DNA of 64,000 bases from an uncultured Eubacteriales bacterium (GTDB lineage Bacteria; Acidobacteriota; Aminicenantia; Aminicenantales; Saccharicenantaceae). Below the pieces are notes generated by a model. That model was not told the DNA's origin and did not search any database. It was given only the letters and a program-made list of their open reading frames with translations. This document shows, piece by piece, positions 1 to 8,309 of this stretch. The position numbers were made by a program, and so were the translations under genes. Each line of letters opens with the position of its first letter. Position 1 is the first letter of the stretch. The DNA is taken from contig CAZKFD010000004.1 in assembly GCA_964551995.1 (NCBI GenBank), forward strand, positions 45,762-109,761. The letters run 5' to 3'.

Positions 1-686
1 AATCCATCGAGAAGAACCATCCCGAGATCTTCCTGATCGTCCTGCTAATTGCCGAGCGGCCCGAGGAGGTCACCGATTTCCGCAGGAGCGTCAACGGCGA
101 GGTCGTGGCCTCGACGTTCGACGAACCGCCGACCCGGAACGCCCAGGTCGCGAACGTTGTCCTCGAGAAGGCCAAGCGCCTGGTGGAGATCAAGCGGGAC
201 GTCGTCATCCTGCTCGATTCGATCACGCGGCTGGCCCGGGCCCACAACGCCATCGTCCCACCCTCGGGGAAGGTTCTGTCGGGCGGCATCGATGCCAACG
301 CGCTCCATAAGCCGAAAAAATTCTTCGGCTCCGCACGAAAAGTCGAGGAAGGCGGCAGCCTCACGATCCTGGCCACGGCCCTGGTGGATACCGGAAGCCG
401 GATGGACGAAGTCATCTTCGAGGAATTCAAGGGCACGGGCAACATGGAGATCAACCTCGACCGGCGGCTCGTCGACAAGCGGGTCTTCCCGGCCATCGAC
501 ATCAGCCGGTCGGGCACCCGGAAAGAGGAGCTTCTGATCGAGGAGGCGGACCTCAATCGTATCTGGGTCCTGCGCAAGGTCCTGAGCCAGATGAACGAGG
601 TCGAGGCCGTCGAGCTCCTGATCGACAAGCTGAGCAAGACCAAGACCAACCAGGACTTCCTGGCGGCCATGAGCAAGGCCCTCTGA
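1..686 (+). CDS. rho: Transcription termination factor Rho (C-terminal part; gene starts before the window)
   Basis: Motifs [72 protein letters not shown]; open frame from position 3 to TGA at 684-686. Confidence 0.97.
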   Translation, partial: SIEKNHPEIFLIVLLIAERPEEVTDFRRSVNGEVVASTFDEPPTRNAQVANVVLEKAKRLVEIKRDVVILLDSITRLARAHNAIVPPSGKVLSGGIDANALHKPKKFFGSARKVEEGGSLTILATALVDTGSRMDEVIFEEFKGTGNMEINLDRRLVDKRVFPAIDISRSGTRKEELLIEEADLNRIWVLRKVLSQMNEVEAVELLIDKLSKTKTNQDFLAAMSKAL

Positions 687-728
687 GGCCAGCCTCAGGC
701 CCCCCGGGGGTTTCCGCCGCAAGGCGGC
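683..728 (+). terminator. Short GC hairpins right after rho (CTGAGG-CCAG-CCTCAG; CCGCC-GCAA-GGCGG), possible terminator or stabiliser
   Basis: Inverted repeats seen directly, one with a GNRA loop; no clear U-tract. Confidence 0.3.
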
Positions 729-1076
729 TCGCCCAAAGATTGTGAATCGTTGGGGGAGGGGTCCGGTTTTTGGGAGCTCCATAATCGGATGCCGGGGAAA
801 AAACCCTCCGAAGAGCGGCTGACCGAAGTCGAAGCAGATGAAATTTAGGATCCGGGGAAGAGGAATCTGCTGTGGCTGGGCCTTACCGAGCCATAAGACA
901 GGCCGGGAAGAGGGACATATGGCGTGGCGGCGGGAAGCGGGCATGCCGTCGCGTGGAGGCCGTTCTCTCAAGCGACCTTTCCACAGTTGCACAAGGTTTG
1001 GTCAGGCCGGAATTCCACAGGATGAGGAAAAACGTATCTTATTGATCCGGAACCGGATTAGAGAAATGCCGGGATT

Positions 1077-1104
1077 GAGTCGCATAAGATATATTATGTA
1101 AACT
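1077..1104 (+). other. dif: dif-like XerCD recombination site (chromosome dimer resolution site)
   Basis: GAGTCGCATAA-GATATA-TTATGTAAACT has the 11-6-11 layout with inner CATAA/TTATG symmetry. The left arm resembles the E. coli XerC arm (GGTGCGCATAA) and the right arm matches the B. subtilis dif arm TTATGTAAACT. It lies in AT-rich intergenic DNA. Confidence 0.85.
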
Positions 1105-1208
1105 AATGCATGGCAGAGCCTAACCCATAATTATGCCACCGCGAAAAATTGCCCCTTAGTTCTCCTCACACCCTCCACAATCCCCACGCGCCTTTGATTT
1201 TATAAGGA

Positions 1209-2045
1209 TCAGTCCCGCGACTTCAGCTTCTGTATGATTTCTTCCAGGATCTGAATGATTTCCTGCTTGCTGACGGTCTGCTTCTTGAATTCAAGTCTCA
1301 TACGGTACTTGTCGCTATCTTCGGGGACGAAGTTATACACGTAGAATTTGATTTTCTTAGTCTTTCCCTTGAGATATTTGGCGAGGTCTCTCGTGTCTTC
1401 GCGTGTCAGGTGGCGCTCGGCGATCTCCTTGGCCAGCTTTTGCATGTCATCGGCCGTCTTCTGCTTAGCGATTTCAATGATGGTGGTCCGGCTGAACATC
1501 CCTGAGCCTTTGATGATGTCGCGAACGGCGGCCGGGATCTTGGTAATGGATAGGATTTCGGTTATGGTCGACCGGGCCTTGCCGATCTTCTCAGAAATCT
1601 GCTGGTGGTTGTATCCGTAGAGCGAAATCAGGGATTGGAGGCCGTCGGCTTCCTCGAAGATATCGAGGTCCTTACGCTGGAGGTTTTCGATGAGCGCGAT
1701 CTCCATGGCCTCGTTTTCCTGGACGTCCATCTCGATGCACGGGATTTCCCTGAGGCCGATATTCTTGGAGGCGATATACCTCCGCTCTCCGGCGATGATC
1801 TCGAAGCGGTTAGCCTTGGAGCGGACGAGGATGGGCTCGAGGATGCCCTTAATCCGGATGGAATCCATGAGCTCCTGGATATTGCCGAGTTCGCTTCGCG
1901 CCTGGTGCGGATTCGGGTCGATGTGCTCTATGGGGATCATGCGAATCCTCGGGCCCATGGAGCGTGAGGATATCAGGTCAACGAAATGGCCGTTGTGTTT
2001 CATGCCCACGGTTTCTGGAAGGCCGGATTTCTTAATTTTTTGCAC
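1209..2045 (-). CDS. parB: ParB/Spo0J-family CTPase partition protein (atypical N-terminus and recognition helix)
   Basis: PNPHQAR, GILEPILVR, IIAGERRY (CTP motif), ALIENLQRKDL and an HTH. GTG start at 2045 (VQKIKKSGLPE) overlaps the parA stop. Confidence 0.9.
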   Translation of the reverse strand: MQKIKKSGLPETVGMKHNGHFVDLISSRSMGPRIRMIPIEHIDPNPHQARSELGNIQELMDSIRIKGILEPILVRSKANRFEIIAGERRYIASKNIGLREIPCIEMDVQENEAMEIALIENLQRKDLDIFEEADGLQSLISLYGYNHQQISEKIGKARSTITEILSITKIPAAVRDIIKGSGMFSRTTIIEIAKQKTADDMQKLAKEIAERHLTREDTRDLAKYLKGKTKKIKFYVYNFVPEDSDKYRMRLEFKKQTVSKQEIIQILEEIIQKLKSRD

Positions 2046-2796
2046 GTTCCAATATCTCCTCGGCGACTTTCCGGTACTGCTCCGCGCCAATTGAGGCCGG
2101 AGCATAGGTGAAGATCGATTCCTTGTAGGCCGGGCTCTCCTCGAGCTTGACGCTCTTGGAGATGTAGGTCTTGAAAAGCTTGTTGCCGAAGACACGGCGG
2201 ATTCGCTCGACGACGTCGCGAGCCAGATTGGTACGCTTGTCATGAAGGGTGATCAGCACGCCCAGGATCTTGAGCTGCGGATTGGCGATCCGTCGGACTT
2301 TTTCGATTGTCTCCAGGAGGTCGTCTGTGCCTTCGAGGCACAAATAAGACGACTGGATCGGGATCAGGATCCAGGAGGCGGCGACCAGGGCGTTCAGAGT
2401 TATGAGCCCTAGAGTCGGCGGCGTGTCGATAAAAATATATTGGTACTTGTTCTTGATGGATTCCACAGCGTCCTTTAGGCGGAAATGGCCGTCGATTTCG
2501 CCCAGAAGAGAAGGCTCAAGCTTGGCCATGGAGATCTTGGCTATGGCCAGGTCAAGGCCGGGGATTGTTGAATGGACGATGACGCTGTCGATCTTCTCAT
2601 GCTTGTTCATAAGAACGTCGAAGAGGGATTTTTCGTACGAGGAAGGATTAGCCACGGTGGAGATCGTGCTGTGGGCTTGAGGGTCCATGTCGATAAGGAG
2701 GACCTTTTTGCCGATCAGCGCCAGCGCCGCTGAAATGTTGATTGATGTTGTGGTCTTGCCCACTCCGCCTTTTTGATTTGTGATCGCGATGATCAA
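2032..2796 (-). CDS. parA: ParA/Soj-family ATPase
   Basis: Deviant Walker A NQKGGVGKTT, LLIDMDPQ, IFIDTPPTLG, NALVAA. TTG start at 2796 follows a GGAGGGAGG RBS. Confidence 0.93.
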   Translation of the reverse strand: MIIAITNQKGGVGKTTTSINISAALALIGKKVLLIDMDPQAHSTISTVANPSSYEKSLFDVLMNKHEKIDSVIVHSTIPGLDLAIAKISMAKLEPSLLGEIDGHFRLKDAVESIKNKYQYIFIDTPPTLGLITLNALVAASWILIPIQSSYLCLEGTDDLLETIEKVRRIANPQLKILGVLITLHDKRTNLARDVVERIRRVFGNKLFKTYISKSVKLEESPAYKESIFTYAPASIGAEQYRKVAEEILERAKN

Positions 2797-2837
2797 CAGA
2801 CTGCCTCCCTCCGCGCCATTTTTATTCGGAGACAACA

Positions 2838-2866
2838 TTTATAGCCAAAGGAAATATCAATTGCAA
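2838..2866 (-). promoter_or_regulatory. Putative sigma70 promoter of parAB (TTGCAA-17-TATAAA)
   Basis: -35/-10-like hexamers at 17-bp spacing on the minus strand, about 40 nt before the start. Confidence 0.5.
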
Positions 2867-2893
2867 GGGAATTCTATAAAACGCAAGAACGGT

Positions 2894-2915
2894 AAATGTC
2901 GGCGTGCCGACATTT
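2894..2915. promoter_or_regulatory. Inverted repeat AAATGTCGGC-GT-GCCGACATTT; candidate non-canonical parS or parAB operator
   Basis: 10-bp perfect arms with a 2-bp spacer. The 16-bp core begins TGT and ends ACA like canonical parS (TGTTTCACGTGAAACA). Located just upstream of the parA promoter. Confidence 0.55.
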
Positions 2916-3505
2916 TCGATAAATGGTTGAAAAATAATAATAAATGCGGTCGCGAGGGATGATACATATAACACATGATAGAGCAGAAATCGGTCTGACC
3001 GAGATAAGATCTAGGAATAAGGAATCCGACGGGAGTTCGGGTCTGCGGCGACGCCAACAATCTGCATGGCCTCGTCAGGCGTTAATGGGCGGAAAGGAGA
3101 TTCATGGGGGCATAAGATATAGGATAAGAAAAAGAATTAAAATGGGAGAGCTGGGGAGACGAGCGAGTGTGCGGGGAAGTGCATAGTCACGAAGCAATCG
3201 GCAAACAGGGATGGTGAAATAATATATAAAAAATAGCGAATGATAGAAAAAACGGAGAATCGGCGACTCCCCTGCTTTTATGTGGGAGCGGTCGATCCTA
3301 GGGCAAAGAATATCAAGGAGCACAAGAGCTAAACAGAAACCAGGGTATCTGATTTAATATCAACGAGATAGTCGCTAATAAAAACGGCTCGATAGATTAT
3401 AAGTTATAGATAATAAAGGAAATACAAACAACGACAAGCCGATAAGGATGGTTAAAAAAAAGTTCCCCAGGCGGAAAAATTTCTGTAAAATGGGGCAGGT
3501 TGGAG

Positions 3506-4918
3506 ATGTGTGCCAAAGCGCAGGAAACTCAATTCGACCGCAGGATGAACCTTGCGGACACGGCGTTTCTTGTCGTAGGCGCGGTCGTCGGGTCGGGGAT
3601 ATTCTTGACGCCCGGCCTGATCGCGGCAAGGCTCCCTTCGCCGGGGCTGTTGCTCGGGGTTTGGGTCGGTGGGGGGCTAGTAACTCTTTGCGGGGCCCTC
3701 ACGTTTGCCGAGCTGGGGGCCATGTATCCACAGGCCGGCGGTCAATACATTTACCTGCGCGAGGCCTACGGGGCAGGCGCCGCCTTCCTCTTCGGCTGGG
3801 GCTTCTTTGGTTTCATCATGTGCGGAGGGCTGGCGGCGCTGGCCGTGGCTTTCGCCGAATTCCTGGGGTCTTTCATTCCCGCCCTGTCGACCACTGCGCC
3901 CCTTCTCAGGATGACGGTTTTAGGCCTCCCGTATTCCCTATCGGCCGGACAGGTCGTGGCTGCGGCGTCCATCCTGCTCCTGACGCTGGTGAACTCCTTC
4001 GGAATACGCTCCGGCATTGCGGTCCAGAACCTGCTGACCGTCTTCCGGATCGGCGCCGTCGTGGCCATCGTCGGGCTGGGCATCCTCATCGGGAAGAAAT
4101 CGGGCGGCGCGAACTTCAGCCATCTTTTCGGGGGTGGCCTGAGATGGTCGGAGATCCTCAAGCCTCTGGGGCTGGGCCTTGTCGCCGTGTTCTGGACTTA
4201 CGACGGCTGGTACTCGGTGAACTGCACGGCGGAGGAAATCCGGGATCCGGAAAGGAACATCCCCCGGGGCCTGATGCTGGGCGTGGCCATGGTCACCGTC
4301 CTCTACGTTTCGGCCAACCTGGTCTATCTCCTTGCGCTCCCGTACGATAAGATAAAGGGCGTCGTCAGGGTCGGCGAGATGGCTTCGACGGCCCTCTTCG
4401 GAGGGGACGTGAGCACGGCCATTTGCGCGGTCATCATGGTCTCCGTCTTCGGCTGCTTGAACGCCAACCTTCTTTTCGGTCCCAGGGTCTATTACGCCAT
4501 GGCCAAAGATGGGAGCTTCTTCCGTTCCATGGCCCGCCTCAGCCCGCGGTTCCGGGTCCCTTCGAGGGCGCTCTGGGGGCAAGCCGCCTGGTCCGCAGTT
4601 CTCTGTCTTTCAGGGACCTACGAGGCGCTTTATGAGTACATGGTGTTCGCTCTGCTTGTCTTCTTCGCGGCAACCGGCCTGTCGGTCATCGTCCTGCGCC
4701 GGACCCGGCCGCACCTTGGCCGGCCGTACAGGACATGGGGCTATCCCATCGTTCCCGCGGTCTTCATTTTGGTCAGCTTGGCCATCTTCCTGAACATCCT
4801 CTACTCCCAACCGCTCAAGTCCGCCGCCGGAGTCCTCCTCCTGGGGGCCGGGCTGCCGGCCTATCGTCTCTGGACCAGGCGGCGCCCGGACTTCTGCCGG
4901 GAAGCTAAAAAAGTATAG
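3506..4918 (+). CDS. APC-family amino acid/polyamine/organocation permease
   Basis: About 12 TM segments; VGSGIFLTP, FAELGAMYPQAGGQYIYLREAYG, WTYDGW, EEIRDPERNIP, RPYRTWGYP. Confidence 0.92.
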   Translation: MCAKAQETQFDRRMNLADTAFLVVGAVVGSGIFLTPGLIAARLPSPGLLLGVWVGGGLVTLCGALTFAELGAMYPQAGGQYIYLREAYGAGAAFLFGWGFFGFIMCGGLAALAVAFAEFLGSFIPALSTTAPLLRMTVLGLPYSLSAGQVVAAASILLLTLVNSFGIRSGIAVQNLLTVFRIGAVVAIVGLGILIGKKSGGANFSHLFGGGLRWSEILKPLGLGLVAVFWTYDGWYSVNCTAEEIRDPERNIPRGLMLGVAMVTVLYVSANLVYLLALPYDKIKGVVRVGEMASTALFGGDVSTAICAVIMVSVFGCLNANLLFGPRVYYAMAKDGSFFRSMARLSPRFRVPSRALWGQAAWSAVLCLSGTYEALYEYMVFALLVFFAATGLSVIVLRRTRPHLGRPYRTWGYPIVPAVFILVSLAIFLNILYSQPLKSAAGVLLLGAGLPAYRLWTRRRPDFCREAKKV

Positions 4919-4971
4919 GCGCTGCGGAGTTTTTGTTTTAAAATGATTCATCCCGCTGCGGGCGGCGCGAG

Positions 4972-6756
4972 ATGACGGAAATCACCTGCACTCTCAAGAT
5001 CCTTCCCGACGGCCTCACGGTCCGGGCGAAGTCCGGCGAGCTGCTCGCCGATGTTCTCGAACGGGCCGGCGTGTCGCTGAGCCTCTATTGCCACAAAAAA
5101 GGGCTGTGCGGGAAATGCGCCGTGCGGATCCGATCGGGACTTCTTCCCTTTCTCGACGCCCACGAGAAGGCCGTTCTCGAGAAGAGGGGTCTCAGCCCGG
5201 ACTACAGGCTGGCGTGCATGTTCCGCCTCGGGGGCGACACGGCCATCGAAACGCTTCCCGGGTCACGGTTGGGACGGGTGGCCGTCCTCGAGGCCGGAGT
5301 ATCCCGGCCGGTCGTTTTCGATCCCCAGGTCCGCAAGCTTTCCCTTGCCTTAGAGAAACCGCCACTCACCTCACCCGAGGCTCTGACGGAGAGTATGGCC
5401 GAGGCTCTCGGAACCGAGGGCCTCCGATTTCCGGGGGCGGCCTTGAGAAGCCTGGGGAGAATCGCGGCCGGCGGCGAGCCTCCCCGTCTGGTGACGGCGG
5501 TTCTCTACGGCGAGCAAGACATCCTGGAAATCGAAGAGGGCGACACCTCGGGACAGACCTACGGACTGGCCGTCGATATCGGGACGAGCACCGTGGTCGT
5601 CGAGCTCGTCGACCTCAACTCGGGGACGACGGTTGGGCGCGCGGCCTCCATGAACAGCCAGGCCTCCTACGGTGCCGACGTGGTCTCGCGGATCACGTAT
5701 GCCTTCCAGAATCCGGACAACCTGCAGCGCCTGCGGAAGTCTATCGTCCATCTGCTGAACGGCATCGTCGCCGACCTCTCGGAGCGGACGGGCGTCGCCC
5801 GGGAGCGCATCTATGAGGCCGTCGTCGCGGGAAACGCGGCCATGAACCACCTGCTCTGCGGCGTGAGCGTCGATTCGCTGGCCCTCTCGCCGTTCCATGC
5901 GGTCTTTTCGAGCCTCCCGCCGCTTCCTGCGGCGGACCTCGGTCTCGAGCTCCACCCGTCGGCCCGCGTGTTCATCGTCCCCAATATCCGCAGTTTCGTC
6001 GGCGGGGACATCACGGCCGGGCTGGCGGCTTGCGAACTCGCGAACGAGCCCGGTAACGCCCTGTTTATCGACATCGGGACCAACGGGGAGATCGTCCTCA
6101 AGAAGGGGCCGCGCTTCATGGCCACTTCGACGGCGGCGGGTCCGGCATTCGAAGGGATGAGCATCGGTTGCGGCATGCTCGCCGTCGAGGGGGCCGTGCA
6201 GAGGGTCGAGTGGCGCGACGGATTCCAGCTCCAGACGATCGGCGGCCTCCCTCCCCAGGGCGTGTGCGGGACGGGCCTCATCGACATCGTGGCGCTCGGC
6301 TTGGCCCACGGGCTGATCGGCCGCGGCGGCAAGATCTCGGCTCCAGGCAAAAAACTTCGTCTGACCGACGAGATCAGCCTCAGCCAACACGACGTGCGGG
6401 AGATCCAGCTCGCCGCCGGAGCCATTAAGACGGGGGTCCGGCTGATGCTCAAGGAGTTTCAGGTCCGCCCCGACGACCTGGAGGCCGTCTATGTCGCCGG
6501 CGCCTTCGGCAATTCGCTCGACATCGGCCACAGCCTGTCTCTGGGCCTTCTGCCGTCGATCGCCGGCGACAGGATCCGGTTCGCCGGAAATTCCTCACTG
6601 GCCGGGGCTCGCCGGCTCCTGGTCTCGGCCCCCGAGCGGGCGGCCGCGGAATCTCTCGCGAGGAGTGTCGACCATGTCTCGCTCGCGACTCGGCCCGACT
6701 TTCAAGACGAGTTCGTGCGCAGCCTCGAGTTCGGGCCGTTCTCCGGAGGTGAATGA
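4972..6756 (+). CDS. RACo-type ATP-dependent reductive activator of corrinoid proteins (2Fe-2S + ASKHA, DUF4445)
   Basis: N-terminal C-x5-C-x2-C...LAC ferredoxin motif; VDIGTST, YGADVVSRI, IDIGTNGE, AAGPAFEG, AGAFGN, GNSSLAGA. Confidence 0.92.
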   Translation: MTEITCTLKILPDGLTVRAKSGELLADVLERAGVSLSLYCHKKGLCGKCAVRIRSGLLPFLDAHEKAVLEKRGLSPDYRLACMFRLGGDTAIETLPGSRLGRVAVLEAGVSRPVVFDPQVRKLSLALEKPPLTSPEALTESMAEALGTEGLRFPGAALRSLGRIAAGGEPPRLVTAVLYGEQDILEIEEGDTSGQTYGLAVDIGTSTVVVELVDLNSGTTVGRAASMNSQASYGADVVSRITYAFQNPDNLQRLRKSIVHLLNGIVADLSERTGVARERIYEAVVAGNAAMNHLLCGVSVDSLALSPFHAVFSSLPPLPAADLGLELHPSARVFIVPNIRSFVGGDITAGLAACELANEPGNALFIDIGTNGEIVLKKGPRFMATSTAAGPAFEGMSIGCGMLAVEGAVQRVEWRDGFQLQTIGGLPPQGVCGTGLIDIVALGLAHGLIGRGGKISAPGKKLRLTDEISLSQHDVREIQLAAGAIKTGVRLMLKEFQVRPDDLEAVYVAGAFGNSLDIGHSLSLGLLPSIAGDRIRFAGNSSLAGARRLLVSAPERAAAESLARSVDHVSLATRPDFQDEFVRSLEFGPFSGGE

Positions 6757-7646
6757 TGAGCCTCTCGTTTCTCGATCTCGCGAAGCGCAGGATTGTATTA
6801 TTGGACGGCGCCATGGGGACGGAGCTCATGGCCCGCGGGCTTCCCCAGGGGGCCTGCCCCGAGGTCTGGAACGCGGAGAAACCCGGGCTCGTCCAGGAAG
6901 TGTACCGGGCTTATTTTGCCGCCGGGGCCGATGCCGTCTCGACGAACAGCTTCGGCGGCAGCCGGATCAAGCTGGCGGGACACGGGCTCGATACGCGGGC
7001 CTTCGAGCTGAACCGCTCCGCCGCGCGCCTGGCGCGCGAGATCGCGCCACCCGGCCGGGCTGTGGCCGGGAGCATGGGCCCGACGGGAAAATTCCTCAAG
7101 CCCCAGGGCGAGTTCACAGAGGAGGAATTCGAGTCTGCCTTTGCCGAACAGGCCCGGGGCCTCGCCGAAGGAGGGGCGGATGTCCTGCTCATCGAGACCC
7201 AATACGACCTCCGCGAGGCCCTCTGCGCCGTCCGCGGCGCCCGGCGGGGTTCCGTCCTTCCTGTCATGGCCACGATGACCTTCAATGCCGTGCCGAGGGG
7301 CTATTTCACTCTCATGGGGGACACCGTTTCGCGGTGCCTGTCGGAGCTCGAAACGGCGGGCGCATGCGCCGTCGGGGCCAATTGCACGCTGAACAGCGAA
7401 CAGATGGCGGGACTCGTCCGGGCCATGCGGCCCGAGACGGGGCTGCCTCTCATCGCCCAAGCCAACGCGGGAAAGCCCGCGCTCGACGCGGACGGCCGCG
7501 TCGTCTACTCCCAGAGCCTCGAGGACTACGTCCGGTTCGTGCCGGAGATCGTCCGGGGCGGCGCGAACATCGTCGGGGGCTGTTGCGGCACGACCCCCGC
7601 CTTCATCCGGGCCATGGCCGAAATTCTGGCAAGGAGTGAACGATGA
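6753..7646 (+). CDS. Stand-alone homocysteine S-methyltransferase domain protein (MetH Hcy-binding module)
   Basis: LLDGAMGTEL, AGSMGPTG, ADVLLIET; Zn ligands in GANC and GGCCGTTP. Confidence 0.92.
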   Translation: MMSLSFLDLAKRRIVLLDGAMGTELMARGLPQGACPEVWNAEKPGLVQEVYRAYFAAGADAVSTNSFGGSRIKLAGHGLDTRAFELNRSAARLAREIAPPGRAVAGSMGPTGKFLKPQGEFTEEEFESAFAEQARGLAEGGADVLLIETQYDLREALCAVRGARRGSVLPVMATMTFNAVPRGYFTLMGDTVSRCLSELETAGACAVGANCTLNSEQMAGLVRAMRPETGLPLIAQANAGKPALDADGRVVYSQSLEDYVRFVPEIVRGGANIVGGCCGTTPAFIRAMAEILARSER

Positions 7647-8299
7647 AGAGCTCAGAGCTTTTCGACGAGATGCGGCAGGCGATCATCGACGGCAACGGCG
7701 CCAGGGCCGGGAAGCTGGCCGGAGAGGCCGTCCGGGAGGGGCTCGACCTCCTTGAAGTTATTGAAAAGGGATATGTTCCGGGGATCGAGAAGGTCGGCGA
7801 TCTCTGGGAGGAAGGCGAGTACTTCCTGCCCGAGCTCATCAGCAGCGCCGAGGCCATGAAGGCGGCCATGGCCGTTCTCGAGCCCGAGCTCCAGCGCGGC
7901 CATCTCCAGGCTGCGACGGGCGGCCGGGTCGTCATCGGCACGGTCGAAGGCGACATCCACGACATCGGGAAGAGCCTCGTCGCCTCGATGCTTCAGGCCG
8001 GCGGCTTCGAGGTCTTTGATCTCGGCGCCGACGTCAGGCTCGAGCGCTTTATCGAGAAGGCCGAGGCCGTCGGGGCGCAGTTCATCTGCCTTTCAGCCCT
8101 GCTGACGACGACGATGGTCAACCAGAAGCGGCTGATCGCGCTCCTCCGCGAGAGGAACCTCCGGGACAAATACAAGGTCCTCGTCGGCGGCGCCCCGGCC
8201 AGCCAGAAATGGGCCGAAGAGGCCGGCGCCGACGGATACGCCGAGAACGCCGTCGCGGCCGTAAAGCTGGCGAAGAGCTTGGCGACACGGCGGCCTTAG
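7643..8299 (+). CDS. Corrinoid (B12-binding) protein, MttC/MtgC-like
   Basis: Cap domain (GEYFLPEL) plus GTVEGDIHDIGK (DxHxxG), SALLTTTM, VGGAP. Confidence 0.93.
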   Translation: MKSSELFDEMRQAIIDGNGARAGKLAGEAVREGLDLLEVIEKGYVPGIEKVGDLWEEGEYFLPELISSAEAMKAAMAVLEPELQRGHLQAATGGRVVIGTVEGDIHDIGKSLVASMLQAGGFEVFDLGADVRLERFIEKAEAVGAQFICLSALLTTTMVNQKRLIALLRERNLRDKYKVLVGGAPASQKWAEEAGADGYAENAVAAVKLAKSLATRRP

Positions 8300-8309
8300 G
8301 AGTGCTGCC

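Noticed and set aside
977-1180. oriC next to parAB (DnaA-box-like CTTTCCACA, AGTTGCACA, AATTCCACA, CCCTCCACA)
   Set aside because: Only one box is within one mismatch of TTWTNCACA, there is no dnaA/dnaN/gidA neighbour, and the dif-like site argues for the terminus. Not fully excluded without GC-skew data.
2920-3500. Cobalamin or SAM riboswitch ahead of the permease/methyltransferase cluster
   Set aside because: I could not find B12-box or S-box core motifs, and the tract is too purine-skewed to fold well. An Infernal search would settle it.
838-3629. Small ORFs in the AT-rich regions (838-1101, 2780-2962, 2857-3060, 2944-3186, 3102-3323, 3375-3629)
   Set aside because: Atypical codon usage, no recognisable motifs, and they overlap the dif, promoter and palindrome elements.
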